Part shown: positions 54,769 to 64,000 of the stretch, piece after piece
Layout of the letters: every line of letters begins with the position of its first letter
Position numbering within the stretch: the stretch's first letter is position 1
Source of the DNA: a virus
Lineage: Duplodnaviria; Caudoviricetes
Virus record (IMG/VR): IMGVR_UViG_3300034103_001892
Location: 1,337-65,336 of that record
Strand: one strand, 5' to 3'
DNA length: 64,000 bases
The notes under the pieces: model-generated
Told to the model about the DNA's origin: nothing
The model's input: the letters and a program-made list of their open reading frames with translations, nothing else
Databases searched by the model: none
Made by a program: the position numbers and the translations under genes

Positions 54769-56613
54769 ATGCCAGCACCATTTGACCCGGCCAAGGCCGC
54801 AGTAGTCAACGATTTACTGCAACAAGGATTAACATTAGAGTCTGCAATTCAGCAAGCTGGAATTGCCGCGGATGATGCCTCACAGTATCAGTTAGATGTT
54901 TTACCTGGATCTGGGGAAGTAGGAAAAGTGATTCAACGCGGCAGTAACACGCCATTTGCAGGAGATACCACCGCAGATGTCCCGGTCACACTTAACACTA
55001 CTCAGGGTTCGCAAGCTGATATCAGCGGAGATATCATAGCCACTGATCCAAACTTGATCATAGTTCCGCCCCCGGCACGTATAGAATCAACTGAGCCAGT
55101 GGGCGTTGGTGACGCTGTGAATTATGGAACAGCATACGGTGAACCTGTTGTTTTGCCCACAGTTCCGCAGACAGCCTTAAGCGATCAACAACTTAGACAA
55201 ATCTATCCTGCCCCCGAACCAGATCCAGCAGGGCCGGTGGTAACAGAAGCACAGGCTCTTCAGCAAAATGCACAAAACATTGTGTTAGATCCGCAAGCAG
55301 AAGCCACGCGATTATTGGTGGCTCAGGCTTCAAATCCGGATACCGCTATAGCAGTGCCAGCAGATATCAACACACAATTATCTGATCAAGATGTATCAAT
55401 ATTTTACACTGCTCCACCACTGGTACCTGAGGCAGAGAGAGTTGATCAACCTGCACCAAGCCAAGATCCATTCACTCGACCAACGGAAACTGTTCCACCA
55501 CCAGCCGAGGTAATCACACAGGCAGACAATCCATTTAGACCCCCTGCCCCACCTGTGGAAGTTACTCCTGTTGATTCGCCGGCAAATAATGATACCGATC
55601 CATTAGCGCAGAATCAAGTGCCTGCAGAACCTGCTGTAAGGCCTACCAGTACCACAGTGTCCAGCGGCATAGACCCCACGGTGTTTTTACTAGGTGCTGC
55701 CACGCTGATTGGCCCATCTGTGATTCCATTGCCAGTAAGAGACGGACTGGCACTGGCAGGCACAAACAATGCAAGAAGTCAACAGGTTATCAACACACAA
55801 CGCAGAGCCACTAACTCAAGAGATTGGCGTGTTAAATTAAAACTTGGACCCAATGCAGACTATCTATACAATGCGGCACAACCTGGTGATTTGTTGTTTC
55901 CTTTACGCAGCAATGGCGGCACTGATGGAGTTATATTTCCTTACACACCAAGTATTCAAACCACTTATGCCACAACCTATCAAAAGGTGCCGTTGACACA
56001 CAGCAATCATCAAGGTTTGTTTTATAAAAACAGTTCGGCACAAGTTGTCCAAATCACTGCTACATTCACAGCACAGGACACACAAGAAGCTGACTATCTA
56101 CTGGCAGTGATACACTTTTTACGCAGTGCTGGTAAAATGTTTTATGGACAAGATGCCAATAATGGAGCACCACCACCGGTGTTGTTCTTAAGTGGATTTG
56201 GTGAATTTCAATTCAATAATCATCCGCTGGTACTGGAAAATTTTACCTATAATTTGCCTAACAAAGTGGATTACATACGAGCAAGAAGCTCAAACGATGT
56301 AAACTTGAATCTTCTTCAAAGACAAAATCGTGGTGGCAGCGCATACAATGGACTCAGTGGTGTGCTCACAAGACTGAACACCTTGGTTGAAGTTACTCAA
56401 CGTGTGTTAAAAATAAAACCTGGTGCCAATCCAAATATCATTCCCACGGTGCAAAATACTTTTGAACTAGGTGGCAACAATCCAACCTATGTGCCCACTG
56501 AAATGGAGATATCAATAACATTGATACCAATACAAAGCAGAGAACAAGTCAGCAAACAATTTAGTTTGACAAAGTTTGCTCAAGGCAATTTACAACGAGG
56601 AGGATTCTGGTAA
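54769..56613 (+). CDS. Baseplate tail-tube initiator-like protein with a long Pro/Ala-rich N-terminal extension
   Basis: DWRVKL...GVIFPYTP...THSN...FTAQ...KMFYG...GAPPPVLFLSGFG; AGGAA RBS before ATG 54769. Confidence 0.65.
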   Translation: MPAPFDPAKAAVVNDLLQQGLTLESAIQQAGIAADDASQYQLDVLPGSGEVGKVIQRGSNTPFAGDTTADVPVTLNTTQGSQADISGDIIATDPNLIIVPPPARIESTEPVGVGDAVNYGTAYGEPVVLPTVPQTALSDQQLRQIYPAPEPDPAGPVVTEAQALQQNAQNIVLDPQAEATRLLVAQASNPDTAIAVPADINTQLSDQDVSIFYTAPPLVPEAERVDQPAPSQDPFTRPTETVPPPAEVITQADNPFRPPAPPVEVTPVDSPANNDTDPLAQNQVPAEPAVRPTSTTVSSGIDPTVFLLGAATLIGPSVIPLPVRDGLALAGTNNARSQQVINTQRRATNSRDWRVKLKLGPNADYLYNAAQPGDLLFPLRSNGGTDGVIFPYTPSIQTTYATTYQKVPLTHSNHQGLFYKNSSAQVVQITATFTAQDTQEADYLLAVIHFLRSAGKMFYGQDANNGAPPPVLFLSGFGEFQFNNHPLVLENFTYNLPNKVDYIRARSSNDVNLNLLQRQNRGGSAYNGLSGVLTRLNTLVEVTQRVLKIKPGANPNIIPTVQNTFELGGNNPTYVPTEMEISITLIPIQSREQVSKQFSLTKFAQGNLQRGGFW

Positions 56614-56912
56614 TGGCAGTTTACAGCACAACCAGTCCGTATTTTAACACTGGCGTTACACAGTTTTATCTTGATCTCATGGTCAATAGACCTGTGCCAC
56701 GCAGTTCAGACGATTTACTGATAATCATAAATTCAACCTACCAGTACAGACCAGATTTATTGGCATTTGACTTGTATGGTGATGCGTCGCTTTGGTGGGT
56801 GTTTTATCAAAGAAACCCAAACACACTACAAGCACCTCCACTGGATTTCAAAGCCGGCGTTAACATTTATCTCCCACAAGAATCACTGTTACGCACAGAA
56901 CTAGGATTCTAA
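56613..56912 (+). CDS. Baseplate wedge protein (gp53-like, LysM-like)
   Basis: YRPDLLAFDLYGDASLWWVF. Confidence 0.8.
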   Translation: MAVYSTTSPYFNTGVTQFYLDLMVNRPVPRSSDDLLIIINSTYQYRPDLLAFDLYGDASLWWVFYQRNPNTLQAPPLDFKAGVNIYLPQESLLRTELGF

Positions 56913-56915
56913 TAC

Positions 56916-59828
56916 ATGGCTCTACAACCATCCAGTTTTTATCAAGCTAGAATTCAAGCAAACAATGAAGAAATTTTACGTTTAAGAAATCTGCTGGCCA
57001 GCGGTGATCTGACTGCACAGGAAACAGCAGAAATAACTGCACGTATTCCTGTGATTGAAGCTGACAATGTACGATTGCAAAGTTTGTCTAGACAGGCATT
57101 GTTGGCCGAACAAGCTTCTGGTCAAACTGGAGGACCCAGCAGTTCGGGACAAATTGTTGTTGACGATGGTGGCACAGTTGGCGCAGACAGCGCAATAAAT
57201 GCTCTTGGTGCAATTGTTCCAATCAACGCAGTGAGTCAAAGTGGTACCAATGCAATACCAGTTGATACTTCCGCTTATTTTACTCCAAGCATTAATAGTT
57301 TGCCAATAAGAGGTTTATCAACCACCCAGGCCACAAGTGGTCCAAATGGGGTTGGTGCTGCTAGATCACTGTCTGACAGCATAGGGTTTGCTTCAAGACC
57401 TGGCGTTGGCAGCGGTAATGACAATGCTGAGCCGCCAATAGCACAACGTGCAGAAGCCACGCGAGCAGCCATTGGCCAAGCTTTTTCTGAACCAATTCAG
57501 CCACAGCCCAATGTTTTAGACAAGTATTTGAGTTACAGCTATGTGGCTGAACTAAGGCTGATCAAAAGTGAAGCTTTTGCACAGTCCATGCGTAACCGCA
57601 GAATCAACTATGACAACGCAGGGTTGTTGATACGCAGTGGTGGTGCAAATGGGGTAGCGTCCACAAATGACAATCAAAGACGCAACAGATTTTTTGATCT
57701 TGATTTTTATTTAGACAATATAAAAATTACCAATCATTGTCAAGGTACCGGCACAGGTTCAGCTCACAGTTATCAAAATCTAAGTTTTACTGTCACCGAA
57801 CCTAATGGCATTAGTTTTCTAGATAGATTGTACATGGCAACCAAAGACTATGTTGGAATTGAAAATTATTCCAGTGCAATTTATCTAATGATCATAAAGT
57901 TTTATGCTTATGATCAAGGAGGCAAAATTGTTAAAGCCAACAATCAAAACAGTGGAGCCTACAACGATCCCAGCGCGGTTGTGATAAAAACCATACCTTT
58001 TACTATCAACGACATTGCATTTACCATTGACAGCAATCTTGTTACTTACAATGTAACAGGGTCATGCATCGCCTATGAAGGGTCAATGACAAACCGAGGC
58101 ACTATACCAAGAAACATTGAAGTATCTGGTGACACCGTTGATAAACTTTTACGTGGTGTGACAATCACAAATATTGATGCTGAGATTGCAGCAGACCTAG
58201 GAACCTTTCAAGGACAAAGTTTTCCATTGGGCGGGAACTTTGGCAGCACAGTAACCGCCACTCCCAGCGTGAATGCGCCCAACGACGCAGGAGCTAGTCA
58301 AACACAGGACAAGTACCAAGTGGTGTCTCTACAGGATGCTTTGAACTATGAAGAAAAGAAACATGTTGCACAAGGACTTTTTGAAATTGCCAATCAGTAT
58401 GTTATAGAAATAGCCAGTCCAGTGATAGCCAATGCACAAGTTGGCAACGACAAGGGTTTTCCTGATCTTAGTAATAGTCCTATGACAGATGGCAGCAATC
58501 CGCGAAACAGCACAGATGAAACGCAGAGCACAGATAGGAAAAAAAGAGTTCTAGGTATAGCAGCAGGCACGCCAATTATTCATGCCATAGAAATGATCAT
58601 TAGACAAAGCACTTTTATCACTGATCAGGCTGACATTGTTTATGATCAAACCACTGACCAACCGTTGCCTATACCTAGCACAAAAGATAGACCGTTTGCC
58701 TGGTTCAAGGTCAGCATGAAAAGCGAACAGTTGCAATACGATAAAAAACGCAATGACTATGCTTATAAAATTACCTATATAGTAAGTTTGTACAACATCG
58801 CAGGCATGGATAGTCCTTACTTTCCAACAGGTCAATTCCGTGGGGTACACAAAAGTTATCCTTACTGGTTTACAGGACAGAACACCGCAGTTTTAGATTA
58901 CAAAGCTACCTTTAATTACGCATGGACAAGTTTGATCAGCGGATCAGCTGATCAACAGGCCGCTGGCGGTGCTTTTAGTTTAAGCCAAATTCGCAAAAAA
59001 GTATTTGCTCCTAGAAGTGCAGAAAGTTCTCAAGGTTTTAAAAACCGCGGCGGTGAAGTAGCAGCCAGCGCAGCAGCATATCTTTATGATCAGGGCGCAC
59101 TGGGTGAAGTCAATTTGAAAATAATTGGTGATCCAGCATGGATGGCACAAGGAGAACTTTGGCCAGGCGTGAGTGCAACAAATTTTGATTACAAACCTTT
59201 TTTACCTGATGGCACAATTAACTTTGATGCCAGTCAACCGATGTTTGAAATCAGGTACGTCAAACCCAGTGATTATAATCTTGCAACTGGTTTAATAGAA
59301 CCAGACCCAAATAGACTAGGCCCTGAAAATCAAAATCTAATAAGTTATGTTTACAGAGCGACCACGGTTGATAGTTTGTTTTCTGATGGACAGTTTACTC
59401 AGCAATTACAAGGTACTCTGTACTACTATCCAACACCAGCAACAGTCAAAGGCACTGGATTGACTTTTGACGGGGATACCCAAACCATTGCGTCAAACAT
59501 TTTACGCACGCCTAGTCCAGATAACAACATACCATTGATTCCCAATTTACCATCAAGTATTGGACAGTTACCCACTGGATTTAATTTAAACTTTCCTCTT
59601 AATGACGTCAACGTAGCCACTCCACCGTTTAATGCCAATCCATTACCGTGGAGTTCACCTACTGCACCAAGCAGTACCGGAGGAATAAGACCATCAGTAC
59701 TCAACGATTCAAGTTTTAGAACACTTACCCAAAACCTTTCTAGATTTGGCGGCGGCAGTGGCATTGATAGGCTAACTACGCTGGGTGTTACCAACGCCAG
59801 ATCACAGTTAATTAGGAAGGATCCATAA
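56916..59828 (+). CDS. Baseplate hub-like tail protein
   Basis: NVLDKYLSYSY...FTVTEPNG..FL...LKIIGDPAW...F..GQFTQ.L; lies between the gp53-like and gp5-like genes. Confidence 0.6.
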   Translation: MALQPSSFYQARIQANNEEILRLRNLLASGDLTAQETAEITARIPVIEADNVRLQSLSRQALLAEQASGQTGGPSSSGQIVVDDGGTVGADSAINALGAIVPINAVSQSGTNAIPVDTSAYFTPSINSLPIRGLSTTQATSGPNGVGAARSLSDSIGFASRPGVGSGNDNAEPPIAQRAEATRAAIGQAFSEPIQPQPNVLDKYLSYSYVAELRLIKSEAFAQSMRNRRINYDNAGLLIRSGGANGVASTNDNQRRNRFFDLDFYLDNIKITNHCQGTGTGSAHSYQNLSFTVTEPNGISFLDRLYMATKDYVGIENYSSAIYLMIIKFYAYDQGGKIVKANNQNSGAYNDPSAVVIKTIPFTINDIAFTIDSNLVTYNVTGSCIAYEGSMTNRGTIPRNIEVSGDTVDKLLRGVTITNIDAEIAADLGTFQGQSFPLGGNFGSTVTATPSVNAPNDAGASQTQDKYQVVSLQDALNYEEKKHVAQGLFEIANQYVIEIASPVIANAQVGNDKGFPDLSNSPMTDGSNPRNSTDETQSTDRKKRVLGIAAGTPIIHAIEMIIRQSTFITDQADIVYDQTTDQPLPIPSTKDRPFAWFKVSMKSEQLQYDKKRNDYAYKITYIVSLYNIAGMDSPYFPTGQFRGVHKSYPYWFTGQNTAVLDYKATFNYAWTSLISGSADQQAAGGAFSLSQIRKKVFAPRSAESSQGFKNRGGEVAASAAAYLYDQGALGEVNLKIIGDPAWMAQGELWPGVSATNFDYKPFLPDGTINFDASQPMFEIRYVKPSDYNLATGLIEPDPNRLGPENQNLISYVYRATTVDSLFSDGQFTQQLQGTLYYYPTPATVKGTGLTFDGDTQTIASNILRTPSPDNNIPLIPNLPSSIGQLPTGFNLNFPLNDVNVATPPFNANPLPWSSPTAPSSTGGIRPSVLNDSSFRTLTQNLSRFGGGSGIDRLTTLGVTNARSQLIRKDP

Positions 59829-61261
59829 TGGCAGAAAATATACAACGTAGTGGCGGAAGACAAGAACAATACAAATTAGATCGAGGCGGTGCTATTGCCG
59901 ACGCCGGACCTTTCATTGGGGAGATCATGAACAACATTGATCCAACCTTTACTGGTCGTGTTCAAGTGTACATTGAAGCTTTTGGACAAGGCGATCCCAC
60001 AGATGAAAGATTATGGCGTACTGTAAGGTATATGACACCATTCTATGGTAGAACCAACCCCAGAGCCAGCAATGATTTTACGCCAGGCACAGGATTTGGC
60101 ACTTATCTAACCAATCCGCAAAGTTATGGCATGTGGTTTACACCTCCAGACATTGGGGTTGAGGTATTGTGTTTTTTTGTAGAAGGTGACCCATCTCGAG
60201 GCTTTTATGTAGGGTGCATTCCGCAACCAGCTTCAACTAGAATGATTCCAGCAATTGGTGCAGTTCGTGACGTGGAGTACACCGCGGAAGAAAAACAATA
60301 TTTTAGTAGTTCACCTCAGATGCCTGTGACAGAAGTGAATTCTTGGAACCAAGGCATCATGAGTAATCCCAAGGTCACAACTGTTAAAAAACCTTTGCAC
60401 AGCTATGTGGCTGCTGCAATGTTTCAGCAAGGCATCAACACCGATCCGCAACGAGGTCCTATTACTTCAAGTTCACAACGTGAAACTCCTAGTAATGCTT
60501 ATGGTATTATCACACCTGGGCGACCTATCTACAACGGTGGACTACAACCTGAAACCATAGAACAACAATTGAACAGTGGTGCGTTGAAGCCAGTGGATGT
60601 CAAAGTCATAGGGCGACAAGGCGGCCACAGCTTGGTCATGGATGATGGTGACCTAACAGGCAACGATGCTTTAATCCGAATAAGAACTGCCAAGGGACAT
60701 CAGATAATGATGAATGACCAAGGCAACTTTATACAAATTTTGACTGCGAACGGTCAGGCCTGGATTGAACTTGGTGTAGAAGGCACAGTTGATGTGTATG
60801 CTACCAACTCAGTGAATGTGAGAACCAAGGGAACTTTGAATTTACATGCTGATAAAAATATCAACATCTATGCTGGCGGTACATTCAATGTTAAATCTAA
60901 AGAAAATATGAATTTAGAAACTGAAGCAGCCATGGCGTTGACAGGAACCAAGAATTTTCAAATCTACAGTCAGGCCACTCTTGATGTAAAATCAGATGGC
61001 AGTCTGGCAATACAAAGCGCGGATGGCGCATGGTCAGCCAGTAGTTTAAAATTACAAGCAGGTCGTATTGATCTCAACAGCGGCGGTGGCAGAAAACCAG
61101 GAAAGCCAGCACCAATAAAGAAAACCACATTAGATGATACAAAATTCAATGATCAAAAGGGTTGGCAAGTACAGAAAAATGCATTGAACAGCATAGTAAC
61201 AAGGGCACCTACTCATGAGCCGTATCCATGGCATGGGTTTGGCACCAACGACGCAGGTTAA
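59828..61261 (+). CDS. gp5: Baseplate central spike (gp5-like), no lysozyme domain seen
   Basis: DP..TGRVQV OB fold, SYGMWFTPPDIG, GHSLVMDDG, RIRTAKGHQI, beta-helix repeats, terminal APTHEP. Confidence 0.85.
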   Translation: MAENIQRSGGRQEQYKLDRGGAIADAGPFIGEIMNNIDPTFTGRVQVYIEAFGQGDPTDERLWRTVRYMTPFYGRTNPRASNDFTPGTGFGTYLTNPQSYGMWFTPPDIGVEVLCFFVEGDPSRGFYVGCIPQPASTRMIPAIGAVRDVEYTAEEKQYFSSSPQMPVTEVNSWNQGIMSNPKVTTVKKPLHSYVAAAMFQQGINTDPQRGPITSSSQRETPSNAYGIITPGRPIYNGGLQPETIEQQLNSGALKPVDVKVIGRQGGHSLVMDDGDLTGNDALIRIRTAKGHQIMMNDQGNFIQILTANGQAWIELGVEGTVDVYATNSVNVRTKGTLNLHADKNINIYAGGTFNVKSKENMNLETEAAMALTGTKNFQIYSQATLDVKSDGSLAIQSADGAWSASSLKLQAGRIDLNSGGGRKPGKPAPIKKTTLDDTKFNDQKGWQVQKNALNSIVTRAPTHEPYPWHGFGTNDAG

Positions 61262-61266
61262 ACAGT

Positions 61267-62004
61267 ATGACAAGTCAAGTTGATACACAGTTAGCAAAAC
61301 TCATAGGTGCACCAGTGCAAAATGCTGTGACTATCTCTGACTTTATAAAACAATCATTGGTGCCACCAACTGTGGGACCTCTTAGCAGCGCAGAAATCAA
61401 AGCCATGCTTGGACAACTTCAGGCCAGCAGCCAGCAAACTCTTACCACAGTGACAGCTCAGGCCATAGGAATTTATGGAATACCGCCTGCACAAATAGAA
61501 CAAGCAGGTTATCTAAAACCGGGTACTACAGAATCCTATCTTAAAAATAGTGCCAATGTGGTGTCAGTGCTGAATTCGCCAGCGGTTTGGACTGGCAAAA
61601 ACAATGTGTTTAATATCAAGCTGTTTTTAGCCAGTCAGGCAGTTCAAGCCAACGCAGCCATAGACGTTTTTAACGCTGCCTATTCAACCTTGGCCAAACA
61701 AGGTATCTTAACTGGTGCCAGCGTGAATGGAGTGGGGGCTATGCTACAAGGATCATTGAGATTTGGCACAGAAGCAATGAGTGCCTGGAGCAAAGGTCAG
61801 TCTCCAGGAATTATTGTTGCACAAATAAATCAGGTTGCAAAACAAGGATCTTATGCGGTGACTTTTGCTAGAGATTTACCCGCCGGCATATCAGGCACAG
61901 GACCAGCTGTGGGATTTCAGAAAAGAGTAAATCGTAGTCTGTTGGATTCTGTTGTACTAAGAATTTTAGGCAGCAAGAAGATTCCGCCACCAAATTATGG
62001 ATAA
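61267..62004 (+). CDS. Baseplate-associated protein, possibly a degenerate lysozyme-like fold
   Basis: IGIYG...QIEQAGYLKPG...VWTGK..V....FL; located between gp5 and gp25. Confidence 0.5.
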   Translation: MTSQVDTQLAKLIGAPVQNAVTISDFIKQSLVPPTVGPLSSAEIKAMLGQLQASSQQTLTTVTAQAIGIYGIPPAQIEQAGYLKPGTTESYLKNSANVVSVLNSPAVWTGKNNVFNIKLFLASQAVQANAAIDVFNAAYSTLAKQGILTGASVNGVGAMLQGSLRFGTEAMSAWSKGQSPGIIVAQINQVAKQGSYAVTFARDLPAGISGTGPAVGFQKRVNRSLLDSVVLRILGSKKIPPPNYG

Positions 62005-62012
62005 TTAATAGT

Positions 62013-62387
62013 ATGACTACTTTTATTGGATTCAACACCGTGGATCAGTTTAAGAAATTTACTCTCACTGATCAAGCCTTGATTAAACAAGATCTAAAGA
62101 ATGCTTTTAATATCCGTCAAGGCAGTCTGCCAGGGCGCCCAGACTACGGCACAAGAATTTGGGATTATGTGTTTGAAAACATGACTGATCAGATGTTGGA
62201 TTCAATGAACACAGAAATTCAAAGAACCGTTGCTCAAGATCCTAGACTCCAAGTAAATTCAGTTTTGGCTTTTCCGCGAGACAATGGGTTACTGATAGAA
62301 CTAGAAATTCAATTTGTAACTTCAACTGATGCCGAGCGCCTGAGTGTGTTTTTTGATTTACAAACACGTTCTGCTAGTTGGCTCTAA
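62013..62387 (+). CDS. gp25: Baseplate wedge subunit
   Basis: LIKQDLKNAFNIRQG...PDYGTRIWDYVFE...DPR. Confidence 0.9.
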   Translation: MTTFIGFNTVDQFKKFTLTDQALIKQDLKNAFNIRQGSLPGRPDYGTRIWDYVFENMTDQMLDSMNTEIQRTVAQDPRLQVNSVLAFPRDNGLLIELEIQFVTSTDAERLSVFFDLQTRSASWL

Positions 62388-62432
62388 AAACCACCATTTT
62401 TTGCTTCACTAAATATAGGAACAAGGTGAAGC

Positions 62433-64000
62433 ATGGCTACTACTCAAAGACAAACAGCTATTTTTGGTATTGAAGACTGGAAACAGATCTATCAAACCTA
62501 TCGTGAAGCGGATTTTCAAAGTTATGATTTTGAAACATTACGCAAGAGTTTTATTGATTATCTGCGTCTTTACTATCCAGAAACTTTCAACGATTACGTA
62601 GAATCCAGTGAATTTATTGCACTGTTGGATGTAATGGCCTTCATGGGCCAGGCGCTGGCTTTTAGAAACGATCTCAATACCAGAGAAAACTACATTGACA
62701 CAGCAGAACGTAGAGACAGTGTGGTTAGGCTTGCAAACTTAGTAAGCTACACTGCCAAGCGCAATTTAACTGCTGAAGGGCAAATCAAAGTTGTAGCAGT
62801 TAGCACCACAGAAAATGTGTTTGATTATGCTGGTTTGAATTTAGCCAATCTAACCATTAACTGGAACGATCCGTCAAATCCGGACTGGCTTGAGCAATTC
62901 ACAGCAATTATCAACGCATCGTTGGTATCCACACAAAGTGTTGGCCGCCCAGGCAATAGTAAGAACATACTTGGCGTGCTCACTGATGAATACACCATAA
63001 ACCTAATTCCAGGATTTTTGCCCATTGTTCCATACAACGCCACTGTTGATGGAGTAACCATGCCGTTTGAGCTTGTGAACTCAACCATGGCTAATCAAAA
63101 CTATGTTTATGAGCCAAGTCCTAGAGTTGATCTTGGTTTCAACATAATTTATAAAAACGATCAGCTGGGATACGCCAGTGTAAACACAGGTTATTTCTTC
63201 TTGTTTAAACAGGGCACACTACAGGCTCAGGAATTTAATCTGCCAGAAAGAGTTGCAAACCGCACAGTTAATATCAACATAGAAGGCATCAACAATACTG
63301 ACAGATGGTTGTACCAGCTGGACACAGTGGGCGATGTTAAACAAGAGTGGACCTATACAGAAAACGTCTACACCGCGGCAACAGCAGCAGCAGCATCAGC
63401 ACCATTGTTTGTATTCAGCACAACAAGTCGTACTAATGATCAAATTACATTGGTATTTGGTGATGGAGTGTTTGCAGAAATTCCAGTAGGAAGTTTTCGT
63501 TGCTATGTTAGAGCCAGCAATGGCTTAGAATATATTATCAATCCTGAAGAAATGAACAGTGTAACTGCAACCATGAGTTACACCAGCAGAATTGGTCGTA
63601 CAGAAACTATTACCTTTACCTGCGCTTTACAGGAACCAGTGTCTAACAGTCAGGCTCGTGAAAGCATCACAGAGATAAAACAAAGAGCGCCTGCTGGTTA
63701 CTACACTCAAAACCGCATGGTCAACGGTGAAGATTATAATCTGTTTCCGTTTACACAGTATTCCAGTATTGTAAAAAGCAAAGCAGTGGTACGCAGCAGC
63801 ATAGGTACCAGTCGTTTTCTTGAATTAATTGATCCAACAGGCAAATATGCAAGCACCAATGTCTACGCCAGCGACGGTGCGTTGTACAGACAGAATGAAC
63901 TGCCAAGTTTTAATTTTGATTGGGTCACTGTTAATGACATTGCCAACGTTATAAGCAGCAGTCTACAGCCTCTCATACAACAACCAGGACTGCTACAATT
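62433..64000 (+). CDS. gp6: Baseplate wedge protein gp6-like, 5' part; runs off the right edge
   Basis: Read by hand: MATTQRQ...DFQSYDFETLRKSFIDYLRLYYPETFNDYVESSEFIALLD...TAERRDSVVRLA...YYTQNRMVNGEDY. TAAATA at 62410-62415. Confidence 0.9.
   Translation, partial: MATTQRQTAIFGIEDWKQIYQTYREADFQSYDFETLRKSFIDYLRLYYPETFNDYVESSEFIALLDVMAFMGQALAFRNDLNTRENYIDTAERRDSVVRLANLVSYTAKRNLTAEGQIKVVAVSTTENVFDYAGLNLANLTINWNDPSNPDWLEQFTAIINASLVSTQSVGRPGNSKNILGVLTDEYTINLIPGFLPIVPYNATVDGVTMPFELVNSTMANQNYVYEPSPRVDLGFNIIYKNDQLGYASVNTGYFFLFKQGTLQAQEFNLPERVANRTVNINIEGINNTDRWLYQLDTVGDVKQEWTYTENVYTAATAAAASAPLFVFSTTSRTNDQITLVFGDGVFAEIPVGSFRCYVRASNGLEYIINPEEMNSVTATMSYTSRIGRTETITFTCALQEPVSNSQARESITEIKQRAPAGYYTQNRMVNGEDYNLFPFTQYSSIVKSKAVVRSSIGTSRFLELIDPTGKYASTNVYASDGALYRQNELPSFNFDWVTVNDIANVISSSLQPLIQQPGLLQ

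Noticed and set aside
1-64000. Stop-codon reassignment
   Set aside because: Core genes are full length in the standard code, and TAA, TGA and TAG all end genes.

Overview
The whole 64 kb window is part of a large T4-like (myovirus) phage genome read in the standard genetic code. It holds most of the virion module: tail sheath (partial, left edge), neck and tail-completion proteins, a 3073-aa fibre plus an array of fibre-tip paralogues, an S8 protease, the head genes gp20-gp23, a tape-measure-like protein, gp26/gp51-like proteins and a gp53/gp5/gp25/gp6 baseplate (gp6 partial, right edge). It also encodes a gp55-like late sigma factor, gp47/gp46 recombination nucleases and a Holliday junction resolvase. 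Accessory genes are interleaved: a PHP-less minimal DnaE, a TPR-glycosyltransferase, and a dense set of modification enzymes (methyltransferases, radical SAMs, sulfotransferase-like, ATE1-like, SDR). The main candidates for new biology are: (1) a ~390-nt ORF-free element at 44200-44587 with a long-range helix, a pseudoknot and two covarying repeated hairpins, i.e. a candidate large ncRNA; (2) a T TTT TTC -1 frameshift site that could join the gp26-like and gp51-like ORFs; (3) a possible arginine-centred modification operon; (4) promoters placed to give leaderless mRNAs. All calls come from motif recognition and hand pairing; no database search or folding program was run.
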